From contig CAWCZV010000016.1 in assembly GCA_963800095.1 (NCBI GenBank), positions 100,728 to 132,727 of the forward strand: a DNA stretch of 32,000 bases. Direction: 5' to 3'. This document shows, in pieces, positions 5,697 to 14,681 of this stretch. Made by a program: the position numbers and the translations under genes. This DNA is from an uncultured Acidobacteriota bacterium (GTDB taxonomy: Bacteria > Acidobacteriota > Terriglobia > Acidiferrales > UBA7541). The notes beneath the pieces are model-generated. The model saw nothing but the letters and a program-made list of their open reading frames with translations, was not told where the DNA came from and did no database searches. Numbering within the stretch: the first letter of the stretch is position 1; the number at the start of each line of letters is the position of its first letter.

Positions 5697-8573
5697 ATGA
5701 ATTCTGCGCTACGCAGCCGTTTGCTGATCTTGTGCTTGTCCGTCGCTCTCGCGGCCGGATCCGTTTTTAGTCAGGATACAGCTAAGAAGGCGCCGCCTAG
5801 AAAGGCTCCGGCAAAGGTAGCCACTTCCTCGGCGGAAGCGTCCGCCGAGATCACGCTGCCCACCATCAAGTTTGAGAAATACACGCTGCCGAACGGTCTG
5901 GTTGTGATCCTGTCCGAGGATCATCGCCTGCCGCTGGTATCCACGAATATCTGGTATCACGTGGGCCCGGCAAACGAAGTGCCCGGACGCACCGGTTTCG
6001 CCCACTTGTTCGAACACATGATGTTCGAAGGCTCGAAACATGTTCCGGGCAACTCCCACATCCGGTTTCTGGAGGCGGCCGGCGCTTCCGACTTGAACGG
6101 CACGACCGATTTTGACCGCACGAATTATTTCGAAACGCTTCCCTCGAACCAACTGGAACTCGCGCTGTGGCTCGAATCCGACCGCATGGGATATCTCCCC
6201 GATAAGCTGGACCAGGCCAGCCTGACCAATCAGCAGGACGTTGTGCGCAACGAGCGCCGCCAGAACATTGAGAACAGCCCCTACGGGATCGTGGAAGAAG
6301 GCGTGTATCACCTGCTTTTCCCGAAGAGCCATCCCTACCATTCCGACGTGATGGGTTCGCACGCGGATATCCAGGCCGCAAAGCTCGAGGACGTGCGCAA
6401 TTTTTTCAAGCTCTACTACGCGCCGAATAACGCCAGCCTGGCCATCGTCGGCGACTTTGACCCGGCCCAGGCCAAGCAGTTTGTCGAGAAATATTTTGGG
6501 CCGCTGAAGCGCGGCGCGCCGGTGCCGAAGATTACTGCCGTGACTCCGCCCATCACCGCCGAGCGCCGCGCCGTGATCCACGACCAGGTGGAACTGCCGC
6601 GCGTCTACATGGCGTGGTTGACGTCTCCCATTTTCAAGCCCGGCGATGCGGACGCCGATCTCGCGTCAGAAATTCTCGGCGGGGGCAAGTCGAGCCGCCT
6701 GTACAAGAAGCTGGTGTACGAAAAACAGATTGCCTTGGACGTCAGCGCGTCGCAGCAATCGCTGGTTCTCGGATCGGTCTTCGAGATTGTAGTCACGGCG
6801 CGGCCCGGGCACACGGCCGATGAAATGGAGAAGGCGGTTGACGAAGAGCTGGCCGCGTTCCGGAAGAATGGCCCCACCGCCGTCGAACTGGAGCGCGCGC
6901 GAAACGGGATCGAAACGGGAATGATTCAAGACCTCGAGCAGTTAGGCGGATTCGGAGGCGTGGCTGACCGCTTGAATGAGTACAACCACTATCTTGGAAA
7001 TCCCGGCTACTTCCCGCAGGACGTGCGCCGCTACCAATCGGCGACGACGGACTCGATTCGCGCGTTCGCGGAAGCGCAACTGAAGCCGACAGCGCGCGTC
7101 GTCGTGTATGGTATCCCAGGAAAGCCGGATCTGGGTCCCGATGTGCCCACGCCGAAAAATCTGCAGAAGGGCCAGAGCACGGGAGGGGAATCGGTCAATG
7201 CCGACGCGCCGTGGCGCGAGAATCCTCCTAAGCCCGGGCCCATGCACGCGCTGAATCTTCCTGTCCCGGATATTTTTAAGCTTTCAAACGGATTGACTGT
7301 CTATTACCACTACCGCGCGGGACTTCCGGTGGCGGCGGCCAATCTGGTTTTCAATACGGGGAGCGGAGCGAATCCCGTCGACAAGCCGGGCCTCGCCAGC
7401 TTCACTGCGAATATGCTGCAGCAGGGAACGGAAACGCGGAACGCCATACAAATTGCCGATGAAGCGGCGCTGCTCGGTACGGAGCTTTCTTCCGGCGCGA
7501 ATATGGATTCGTCCAGCGTCGGCGCGAGTTCGCTCACGAAGAATTTTTCCGGAGTGCTCGATCTGATTTCAGACATCGTTTTGCATCCGACGTTTCCGCC
7601 GGACGAAGTGGAGCGGCGGCGCGCGTCGCGTCTTGCAGCGTTTACGGACGAGCGCTCCGATCCGGAGACGATCGTGGCACGGACCGGTGTGTCCGCGCTC
7701 TTCGGGCCGCACAATCCCTTCGGGTACGACAGTTCGGGCACGGAACCGTCGATCCAGGCGATGACGCGCGAAGACATGATGAATTTCTGGAAGGGCAACT
7801 ACGTGCCGAACAACGCGGCCCTGGTCGTCTCCGGAAATATTCCTGCCGACGAATTGAAAGCATTGGCCGAGAGCAAGTTTGGCGCGTGGAAGAGCGGTGA
7901 GCTTTCGGTGCCTCCGATCGGCGCACCGGAAACCACGAAAGCGAAAATCGTTATCGTGGACCGGCCCGGCGCGCAGCAGACCATGGTGCGCCTGCTGCAG
8001 CTCGGAGTCTCCCGCGCGACGCCCGATTATCCCGCGCTTGAGGTGATGAATTCCGAACTTGGCGGCCTCTTCTCCAGCCGCATCAATTTGAACCTTCGGG
8101 AGGAGCATGGTTATACGTACGGGGCGGCTTCCTTTTTTGTTTACCGGCGGGCGCTCGGATATTTTGGCGCCGGCGGAGGCATCCGGACCGACGTGACCGC
8201 GCCCGCGGTGACGGAAATCTTGAAGGAAATTCATCGGATGATCGACACGCCGATGAAACCCGACGAACTGAGCCTGGCGAAAGATTCCCAATCGCGTTCC
8301 TTGCCCGGGATTTTTGAAACGAATAGCGGGGAAGCGGGAGCGCTATCCGAAATTTTCATGTACAGCCTGGCTCGCGACTATTTCTCTACTTTGCCGGAGC
8401 GGCTGAATGCGGTCACCGCGGAGGACGCCGAGGCCGTCGCGAGGAAATACTTGCACTCCGACCAGATGATTTTGGTATGCGTTGGCGATCGCGCCAAAAT
8501 CGAGCCGGAACTCGTGAAGCTCGACCTCGGCGCAGTCGAGATTCGGGATGCCGACGGCAATGTGGTGAAGTAA
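5697..8573 (+). CDS. Secreted M16 (pitrilysin/insulinase) family zinc peptidase, two tandem M16 units
   Basis: HxxEH zinc motif HLFEHMMFEG. A second, M16-like half lies in the C-terminal ~450 aa. Signal-like LLILCLSVALAAGSVFSQ follows the ATG at 5697, which has GAGGAG 8 nt upstream. The ORF-track start at 5628 was trimmed. Confidence 0.85.
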   Translation: MNSALRSRLLILCLSVALAAGSVFSQDTAKKAPPRKAPAKVATSSAEASAEITLPTIKFEKYTLPNGLVVILSEDHRLPLVSTNIWYHVGPANEVPGRTGFAHLFEHMMFEGSKHVPGNSHIRFLEAAGASDLNGTTDFDRTNYFETLPSNQLELALWLESDRMGYLPDKLDQASLTNQQDVVRNERRQNIENSPYGIVEEGVYHLLFPKSHPYHSDVMGSHADIQAAKLEDVRNFFKLYYAPNNASLAIVGDFDPAQAKQFVEKYFGPLKRGAPVPKITAVTPPITAERRAVIHDQVELPRVYMAWLTSPIFKPGDADADLASEILGGGKSSRLYKKLVYEKQIALDVSASQQSLVLGSVFEIVVTARPGHTADEMEKAVDEELAAFRKNGPTAVELERARNGIETGMIQDLEQLGGFGGVADRLNEYNHYLGNPGYFPQDVRRYQSATTDSIRAFAEAQLKPTARVVVYGIPGKPDLGPDVPTPKNLQKGQSTGGESVNADAPWRENPPKPGPMHALNLPVPDIFKLSNGLTVYYHYRAGLPVAAANLVFNTGSGANPVDKPGLASFTANMLQQGTETRNAIQIADEAALLGTELSSGANMDSSSVGASSLTKNFSGVLDLISDIVLHPTFPPDEVERRRASRLAAFTDERSDPETIVARTGVSALFGPHNPFGYDSSGTEPSIQAMTREDMMNFWKGNYVPNNAALVVSGNIPADELKALAESKFGAWKSGELSVPPIGAPETTKAKIVIVDRPGAQQTMVRLLQLGVSRATPDYPALEVMNSELGGLFSSRINLNLREEHGYTYGAASFFVYRRALGYFGAGGGIRTDVTAPAVTEILKEIHRMIDTPMKPDELSLAKDSQSRSLPGIFETNSGEAGALSEIFMYSLARDYFSTLPERLNAVTAEDAEAVARKYLHSDQMILVCVGDRAKIEPELVKLDLGAVEIRDADGNVVK

Positions 8574-8580
8574 GGTTCTT

Positions 8581-8610
8581 AAGTGGCACAGGCTTCAGCC
8601 TGTACCACTT
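8581..8610. repeat. Single REP-type hairpin between convergent genes
   Basis: AAGTGGCACAGGCTTCAGCCTGTACCACTT forms a 13-bp stem with one C/A mismatch and a TTCA loop. It belongs to the same family as 43-130 and 11385-11460. Confidence 0.75.
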
Positions 8611-8630
8611 GGACCCATCAAGAATTTAGC

Positions 8631-9035
8631 CTAGTTCTTGCGAATAGCGCGCTGGCGAACGAAGTCCACAATGTTTTGCGTGGATGTGCCAGGAAGAAAG
8701 ATTTCGGCCACGCCCGCCTTTTTCAGCCCGGCGATATCGGCTTCGGGAATTGTTCCACCCAGCAGCACGGTAACATCGCTCATTCCTTTTTGTTTGAGCA
8801 GATCGAGCAACTGCGGAACGAGCGTGTTGTGCGCGCCCGAAAGAATCGATAGGCCGATCACGTCGACATCTTCCTGGACCGCGGCGGAGGCGATCATCTC
8901 CGGCGTCTGCCGCAGGCCGGTATAAATCACTTCCATTCCGGCATCACGCAAGGCGCGGGCGATAATCTTCGCCCCCCGGTCGTGGCCATCGAGCCCGGGT
9001 TTTGCAATCAGCACTCTTATTCTTTTCTCAGGCAT
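8631..9035 (-). CDS. Methylmalonyl-CoA mutase family, small B12-binding subunit
   Basis: 134 aa. Cobalamin-binding DxHxxG motif ([10 protein letters not shown]) and ...GLSILSGAH..., typical of the stand-alone C-terminal domain of split mutases. Confidence 0.85.
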   Translation of the reverse strand: MPEKRIRVLIAKPGLDGHDRGAKIIARALRDAGMEVIYTGLRQTPEMIASAAVQEDVDVIGLSILSGAHNTLVPQLLDLLKQKGMSDVTVLLGGTIPEADIAGLKKAGVAEIFLPGTSTQNIVDFVRQRAIRKN

Positions 9036-9064
9036 TCGCCCCCGCGCTCTCCGGTTTTCTCATG

Positions 9065-9556
9065 ATTTTCTCTGTGCCCTCTGTGTTCTCTGTGTTGAAT
9101 GCTTTTTCCGTTCTACACGATAAATCGTCGCACACCGTCCTTCAAAATAGCCACATTGAAGTTGATGAGAAGGCCGACCTTGTGTCCAGACAGTCGAAGG
9201 TACGTCAAAATGATCGCTTCGTGGATCGGTGCCAAGCTCCCTATGGATTTCAACTCCACGACAATCCTTCCCTCGACAAGAAGATCCAGCCGGTAACCGC
9301 AATCTAGTTTTGTCTCTCTGTAGACTACGGGTACTGCAACTTGCCGCTCGACTCTTAGATTCCGAAGGTGAATTTCGTGTGCGAGGCACTCCTCATATGC
9401 CGATTCGAGTAGTCCGGGTCCTAGACGCTTGTGAACTTCCATTGCTGCGCCGATAATTTCGTGTGTGATGTCGTTGTCAGTCATGCTAGATACGGCGAAT
9501 TAAAAGGAATTTAACACAGAGGACACAGAGGGCACAGAGAAACACAGAGAGAAAAT
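9065..9556 (-). mobile_element. Palindrome-flanked cassette carrying a GxxExxY gene, located between the two mutase subunit genes (mobility hypothetical)
   Basis: Left arm 9067-9096 pairs with right arm 9513-9542 over 30 bp, with one T-G position. The arms are built of CTCTGTG/CACAGAG units, and the right arm has one extra unit (to 9556). The enclosed 416 nt contain only the GxxExxY CDS. Confidence 0.45.
9113..9484 (-). CDS. GxxExxY protein (PD-(D/E)xK nuclease-like superfamily, function unknown)
   Basis: 123 aa. Literal GLLESAY (GxxExxY) motif plus D...ELK (LDLLVEGRIVVELKS), consistent with a PD-(D/E)xK core. Length and N-terminus (ITHEIIGAAMEVH) are typical of the family. Confidence 0.85.
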   Translation of the reverse strand: MTDNDITHEIIGAAMEVHKRLGPGLLESAYEECLAHEIHLRNLRVERQVAVPVVYRETKLDCGYRLDLLVEGRIVVELKSIGSLAPIHEAIILTYLRLSGHKVGLLINFNVAILKDGVRRFIV

Positions 9557-9592
9557 GGCAGGGCAGGATTTTTCGCCCCAGACAACGCAGTC

Positions 9593-11233
9593 CTACGTAA
9601 CCGACGCTTCTTCGTGCGTGCCGAAGACGTCGCGCAGGGAGTCGCAGATTTCTCCGAGCGTTGCGTACGACTTTACCGCGGCATAGATATGGGGCATCAG
9701 GTTTTCGGTTTTTTGCGCCGCTTTGCGCAACGCTGTAAGCTGGCGCGCGACTTCCTCGCTTGACCGCTCGGAGCGCAATTTTCGTAGCTGCTTGGACTGT
9801 TGCGCGCGCACCGATTCATCGATGCGCAGGATTTCGATGGGAGTCTCTTCGCCGGTATACTCATTCACGCCGACGATGATTTTCTCCTTGCGATCCACCG
9901 ACACCTGGTAGCGGTACGCTGCGTCGGCAATTTCCCGCTGCGGGTACCCGCGTTCGATGGCCGGGATCATGCCGCCCATTTCGTCGATCTTGCGAATATA
10001 TTTCCAGGCGGCTTCTTCCATTTCATTGGTGAGCGTCTCGACGAAATACGAGCCGCCGAGAGGATCGACCGTATTCGCGACGCCTGTTTCATGGGCGAGA
10101 ATCTGTTGCGTTCGCAGCGCGAGCGTCGCGGCAAATTCGGTCGGCAGCGCCCAGGCTTCGTCAAGTGAATTGGTATGCAAGGACTGCGCGCCGCCCATCA
10201 CCGCCGCAAGGGCCTGCAAGGCGGTCCGGACAACATTGTTGTAGGGCTGCTGCGCGGTGAGGGAGCAGCCGGCCGTTTGCGCGTGGAACCGGAGCGCCGA
10301 GGAACGCGCCAATTTCGCTCCGAAGCGCTCGGTCATCGTCTTGTACCAGATGCGACGCGCGGCGCGATATTTCGCGATTTCTTCAAAGAAATCGTTGTGC
10401 GCGTTGAAGAAGAACGACAAGGCCGGCGCAAATTCGTCGACGGCGAGGCCCCGGCGGACGCCCCATTCGACGTACTCGATACCATCGCGCAACGTGAATG
10501 CCAATTCCTGAATCGCGGTCGATCCCGCTTCGCGAATGTGGTAGCCGCTGATGGAAATCGGGTTGAACTTGGGCGTGTGGAGCATGCCGAATTCAAATGT
10601 GTCGATCACCAGGCGCATCGACGGCTTGGGCGGATAGATGTATTCCTTTTGCGCGATATATTCCTTGAGGATGTCGTTCTGCAATGTCCCGGTGAGATGC
10701 TTCCAATCGACGCCCTGCTTTTCGGCGACGGCCAAATACATGGCCCACAAAATCGCGGCGGGAGAATTGATGGTCATCGAAGTGGAAACGTTTCCCAGAG
10801 GAATCTGGTCGAAGAGCGCTTCCATGTCGGCAAGCGAACTGATGGCCACGCCGCACTTGCCGACCTCGCCCTCGGCCAGGGAATGGTCGGAGTCATAGCC
10901 CATAAGGGTCGGAAGATCGAATGCGACAGAAAGACCCGCTTGCCCTTGCGAAAGCAGGTAGCGGAATCGCTCGTTGGTGTCTTTCGCCGAACCGAAGCCG
11001 GCGAACTGGCGCATGGTCCAAAGTCGGCTGCGGTACATCGCCGGGTGAATTCCGCGCGTGTAGGGAGGCGCCCCCGGCAAGCCCAGGTCGCGGTCCGCAT
11101 CCCAACCAGAAAGGTCGTCGGGGGAGTAGAGTTGCCGGATTGGGTAGCCTGAAACGGTCGTAAATTCGGAAGCGCGCTCGGGTGATTTCTCGCCCGCAGC
11201 GCGAGGCGGTGTCGATTGGCGATCGGAGGACAT
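9593..11233 (-). CDS. Methylmalonyl-CoA mutase family, large catalytic subunit
   Basis: 546 aa. Mutase TIM-barrel signatures are present ([42 protein letters not shown]). It lacks a B12 domain, which is supplied by the 8631-9035 product. Confidence 0.88.
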   Translation of the reverse strand: MSSDRQSTPPRAAGEKSPERASEFTTVSGYPIRQLYSPDDLSGWDADRDLGLPGAPPYTRGIHPAMYRSRLWTMRQFAGFGSAKDTNERFRYLLSQGQAGLSVAFDLPTLMGYDSDHSLAEGEVGKCGVAISSLADMEALFDQIPLGNVSTSMTINSPAAILWAMYLAVAEKQGVDWKHLTGTLQNDILKEYIAQKEYIYPPKPSMRLVIDTFEFGMLHTPKFNPISISGYHIREAGSTAIQELAFTLRDGIEYVEWGVRRGLAVDEFAPALSFFFNAHNDFFEEIAKYRAARRIWYKTMTERFGAKLARSSALRFHAQTAGCSLTAQQPYNNVVRTALQALAAVMGGAQSLHTNSLDEAWALPTEFAATLALRTQQILAHETGVANTVDPLGGSYFVETLTNEMEEAAWKYIRKIDEMGGMIPAIERGYPQREIADAAYRYQVSVDRKEKIIVGVNEYTGEETPIEILRIDESVRAQQSKQLRKLRSERSSEEVARQLTALRKAAQKTENLMPHIYAAVKSYATLGEICDSLRDVFGTHEEASVT

Positions 11234-11384
11234 GAGTGAGCGTGACAGGCAGTCAATCTTGAACCAGGAAAATACATGCCTGAGCGCAAGTTGATTCTAG
11301 CCCGAATTTCTCACGAATTTAAAAACAAATAGAAGGAAACACCGGCTTGGCGTCAATCTATCACCTGATTACAGGTCCTCGCTT

Positions 11385-11460
11385 GAGTGGCGCACGCTTC
11401 AGCCTGCGGCCTTTGGTCCTTGCAAATACCAACCCCCACAGGCTGAAGCCTGCGCCACTT
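11385..11460. repeat. REPIN-like inverted REP pair
   Basis: AGTGGCGCACGCTTCAGCCTGCG (left) and the reverse complement of AAGTGGCGCAGGCTTCAGCCTGTG (right, 11438-11460), with a ~26-nt spacer. It has a GTGG head and TTCA loop. Confidence 0.75.
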
Positions 11461-11471
11461 GCCGAACGAGT

Positions 11472-13463
11472 CTACTGCCCGCTGCCAACGCCGGACGGAC
11501 GGGCTGACGCCGCGGCACTCGTGCCGGGCTGCTTGACGGGATCGACGAACAATTGGCCGGTGGCCGAAGTGCCAGGGATCAGCGTGTCCTTTGCAGGATG
11601 GCCGGACTTGGCATCGGCAATCGTGATGTTATAGACCTCGAGCGTGCGGGCCATGGCGCGGTCGAAGTTCACTTTGCCCTCGACGAGGTTGACGCGCGCG
11701 CGGACCTCGGCGGATTCCGCGGCAGCCAAAGTGTTTTGATCGGACACGATATTGAATAGCGTGGAAGCGCCAACCTGATATTTCTTTTGTTCGGCATCCA
11801 GTGTTTGCTGATCGAGGTCGCGTGTTTTGATCGCCGCGGCCAGGGTGATGCGGGCTTGCTCCAGAGTAATTTGCGCGTTGTGAACGTCAATGGCGGCGTT
11901 ATTTACGATTTGTTGGTAGTTGGCTTGGTCCGAGCGCGCGGTCAATGTGGCGATGATGTTATTCGCTTGCGCCGCGCGATTGCGAATCGGAATTGTAAGA
12001 TTGATCGCCGCGTTGTATTCGGGATAGACGCCGGTGAATTGCTGGTTCAGGGCTGTTGCCAGTCCCGTGAAAATCTGCGGGGGAGGGGTACATGTCGTCG
12101 CGGGTGGCACGGGTGTGCAAGTTGTCTGCAGACGGCTGTTGCCCGAAAGTCCTTCTGTAGCATATTCCCCGGAAAGAGTCAGAACGGGAAGCAGCGCGTT
12201 CTTTGTAGCGCGGACGTTGATGTCATCTCCCTTGATTTGGAGTCCCGCCTGCAACACGTCAGGGCGCTTCGTAGTGGCTTCCTTGATCAAGTCTTCCAAT
12301 GGGATCTTTTCAACTTCGGGCGGGGCCACGTCGGCTGTGTCCGTGGGGATAATTTCAACCGTGCGCAAGATAGGAGAATTCGGGTCCTTGGCGATCAAGT
12401 TCAAGAGTGTGAGTTGATCCTGAAGGACTGTAGTTTGCGCAACGATTAACGCCTGCTGAGCTGTCGCGACTTGCGCTTCGGCCTGGACGATCTCCAAGGG
12501 GGCCAGAGTTCCAACGTCCACCTGCTTCTTATTGTCGTTGTATGTTTTATCCGCCAGTGCGATTTCCTCCCGCGCCACCTCCACATTGCCGCGAGCAAAG
12601 ACAAGTTCCCAATATGCGTTGCCGACCGCGGTGATCGAGGTAATTACCTGCTGCACGAGGGTCTGATCGGCGATGCTCTTGTTTACCTTTGCAATGCGGA
12701 TGTAATGCTCATTGGCGAGCAGCCCGAAACCGTTCAGCAACTGCTGGCTGGCGAGGAAGACAAAATTGGATTGCACGAACGGATCGAAAAAGGTAGCGGA
12801 GCTCGATGAGGATCCTCGTGTGTTATCGAAGGACGCTGAAAAAGAAGTACCCGTGTGAAACCCCTGGCTATATTGAATGTCGCCAATCGTAGTGTGGGAA
12901 TTCAATATGGTAAACGTGCCGAACGAGGCGGATCCGCCGGTCCCGGCAATGAGCGGGTTATTCACTGGAATCGTCTTCTGATCCAAGCTGAAGGACGAAG
13001 TAACTAGCGGATCGAAGCTCAGCGCGGGGATAGTCCCGAGAGCGGTCACCGAACCTGAAGTAGGGGTGCCCCCACTCAAGGTATGAAGAATGCTGGCTTC
13101 GGCGAGCCAGGGAGTATACCGCGAGATCACGATGGCCAGATTGTTCTGGAGCGCGAGGTCCACGGCGTCCTCCAGGCTGATGCTGAGTTTGCCGTCCTTG
13201 ACCATCTGTTCGATGCGGGGAGCATTCGTCAAGATAGGCTCAGGCACCGACGCCTGGGTATAGGGCTCTATAATATTGGGGAACCACCGCTTGCCGTAGG
13301 TGTAGTTCTGATCCGACAACTGGATCGCACGGGTAGACGGCTGAGGCTGAGCGGGCGGCGCGGATCCTCCCTGCGCTTGGGCGAAAGCGGGCGCGGCGGG
13401 CGCCAAAGCTATGGTTACGGCCAGAAATATGGCAATTGAGACTCGGCAAAACCTTCCAATCAT
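11472..13463 (-). CDS. TolC-family outer membrane efflux protein (orphan, no adjacent pump genes)
   Basis: 663 aa with signal peptide ...APAAPAFAQA. The internally duplicated outer-membrane-efflux-protein architecture has long helical repeats (LEDAVDLALQNNL..., ...ARINLVEGKVNFDRA...). A Ser/Gly/Pro-rich C-terminal tail follows. Confidence 0.8.
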   Translation of the reverse strand: MIGRFCRVSIAIFLAVTIALAPAAPAFAQAQGGSAPPAQPQPSTRAIQLSDQNYTYGKRWFPNIIEPYTQASVPEPILTNAPRIEQMVKDGKLSISLEDAVDLALQNNLAIVISRYTPWLAEASILHTLSGGTPTSGSVTALGTIPALSFDPLVTSSFSLDQKTIPVNNPLIAGTGGSASFGTFTILNSHTTIGDIQYSQGFHTGTSFSASFDNTRGSSSSSATFFDPFVQSNFVFLASQQLLNGFGLLANEHYIRIAKVNKSIADQTLVQQVITSITAVGNAYWELVFARGNVEVAREEIALADKTYNDNKKQVDVGTLAPLEIVQAEAQVATAQQALIVAQTTVLQDQLTLLNLIAKDPNSPILRTVEIIPTDTADVAPPEVEKIPLEDLIKEATTKRPDVLQAGLQIKGDDINVRATKNALLPVLTLSGEYATEGLSGNSRLQTTCTPVPPATTCTPPPQIFTGLATALNQQFTGVYPEYNAAINLTIPIRNRAAQANNIIATLTARSDQANYQQIVNNAAIDVHNAQITLEQARITLAAAIKTRDLDQQTLDAEQKKYQVGASTLFNIVSDQNTLAAAESAEVRARVNLVEGKVNFDRAMARTLEVYNITIADAKSGHPAKDTLIPGTSATGQLFVDPVKQPGTSAAASARPSGVGSGQ

Positions 13464-13813
13464 GTTGATTTATCCTCTCCAAACAGTGTTCCGCTTTTCT
13501 TCCTCTGGCGATCAAAACGGCTTGCAGGAGCTAAGTATTTTAAACGTCCGCCGGGATGGATATGTTTCAACTATATTTCCGGCGATTGCCGTGGTTTCGG
13601 CCACATTTTTACGCGAACTCCGAGCCCCGGCAAGGCTCCGGCGTTCAGCGCAAATGGGGAGACACCCCGCTCCAGAATCTGCCGGCCCCTAATCCCCAAT
13701 TGGCGGTCGTGCCTCGCTGAAAGGCCCGAAGTATTGGACGCGAGAAAGCGCGTAAGGTCAAGGCCCGATGTCGATACGCGGGAGAATCTTTGTCACTCTT
13801 TCTGGCCAGTATC

Positions 13814-13842
13814 TTGACAAGGGCGCGAGGGGCCGATAGTCT
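13814..13842 (+). promoter_or_regulatory. Putative sigma70-like promoter of pyrE (TTGACA-17 nt-TAGTCT), predicting a near-leaderless mRNA
   Basis: TTGACA at 13814-13819, an exact 17-nt spacer, then TAGTCT at 13837-13842. The ATG at 13852 has no SD-like purine tract upstream. Confidence 0.35.
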
Positions 13843-13851
13843 TGGCGCGCG

Positions 13852-14460
13852 ATGAGACCTGACGCCGCCATTCGAATCTTCGAGGAAGTGGGCGCCATCC
13901 GCCACGGGCACTTCGAGCTGACCTCGGGGCTGCATAGCGGCACTTACGTGCAGTGCGCGCTCGTGCTTCAGTATCCGAAATATGCGGAGCAATTAGGGCG
14001 AGCGCTGGCCGCGGAGTTCATGGATCTGCGCGTGGATTGTGTCGCGTCTCCCGCACTGGGCGGACTGATCATCGGCCATGAAGTGGCGCGAGCGATTCCA
14101 CCGCGTGCGGATGGCAAACCAATTCGCGCGATTTTCGTGGAACGGGACTCCCTGGGAACATTGACGTTGCGCCGCGGATTTCGAGTCGAACCGGACGAAC
14201 ACGTACTGGTCGTGGAAGACGTGTGGACCACGGGCGGTTCGACGTGCGAAACGATTCGCGTGCTGGAAGAGGCGGGCGCGCGCGTGGTGGCCGCTGGCGC
14301 CTTGATCGATCGCAGCGGTGGGAGAATCGAGTTGCCGGTGCGCACGGAAGCCCTCGTCGACCTCAAAATCGAGAGTTACGACGCCTCCGAATGTCCTCTC
14401 TGCCGCAGCGGCGGCGTGGCCGTAAAGCCGGGAAGCCGCTACGCCCGCTCGGGCGCGTAA
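13852..14460 (+). CDS. pyrE: Orotate phosphoribosyltransferase
   Basis: 202 aa. N-terminal GHFELTSGLHSGTYV and PRPP-binding loop VLVVEDVWTTGGST. Confidence 0.85.
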   Translation: MRPDAAIRIFEEVGAIRHGHFELTSGLHSGTYVQCALVLQYPKYAEQLGRALAAEFMDLRVDCVASPALGGLIIGHEVARAIPPRADGKPIRAIFVERDSLGTLTLRRGFRVEPDEHVLVVEDVWTTGGSTCETIRVLEEAGARVVAAGALIDRSGGRIELPVRTEALVDLKIESYDASECPLCRSGGVAVKPGSRYARSGA

Positions 14461-14462
14461 TA

Positions 14463-14665
14463 GGAACCACGGATTCACACGGATGAACACGGATAAAAGA
14501 AAGAGAAAACCTACTAAGAGAGAAAAAGGAAATATCCGGCGCCGAATAATCGCCACCGAATACGCCAGTTGACTCCGAGCGGCCATTAATCCAGCCTATC
14601 TCAGCGTTTTTTTTCTGTTTATCTCTTGTTTTTATCAGTGTTCATCTGTGTGCATCTGTGGTTCC
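14463..14665 (+). repeat. ORF-less long inverted repeat (~47-bp imperfect stem, ~108-nt interior) filling the pyrE-truA spacer
   Basis: Arm 14463-14509 (GGAACCACGGATTCACACGGATGAACACGGATAAAAG...) pairs with 14619-14665 (...CTTGTTTTTATCAGTGTTCATCTGTGTGCATCTGTGGTTCC). Of 47 positions, 40 are Watson-Crick, 3 are G-U on the + strand, and 4 are mismatches. The arms are built of CACGGAT/ATCTGTG units resembling the cassette arms at 9065-9556. Confidence 0.75.
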
Positions 14666-14681
14666 ATTGATTTTTGATTCC

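Noticed and set aside
9060-9389. ORFs that translate repeat elements or their flanks. Examples are 9002-9307(+), 9060-9389(-), 17487-17771(-), 18620-18841(-), 27594-27779(+) and 27652-27864(+).
   Set aside because: They are read-through of palindromic repeats (peptides such as TQRTQRAQRK, VLNFRVA, KDGAPQVQNL, VIPRSPRRPRNLS). They lack start-site support and overlap better-supported features.
8631-11233. The split mutase as something other than methylmalonyl-CoA mutase (for example isobutyryl- or ethylmalonyl-CoA mutase), or as novel because of missing MeaB.
   Set aside because: Substrate-specificity residues cannot be judged reliably by eye. Split large/small subunit mutases are well known, and the MeaB-like chaperone may simply be encoded elsewhere.
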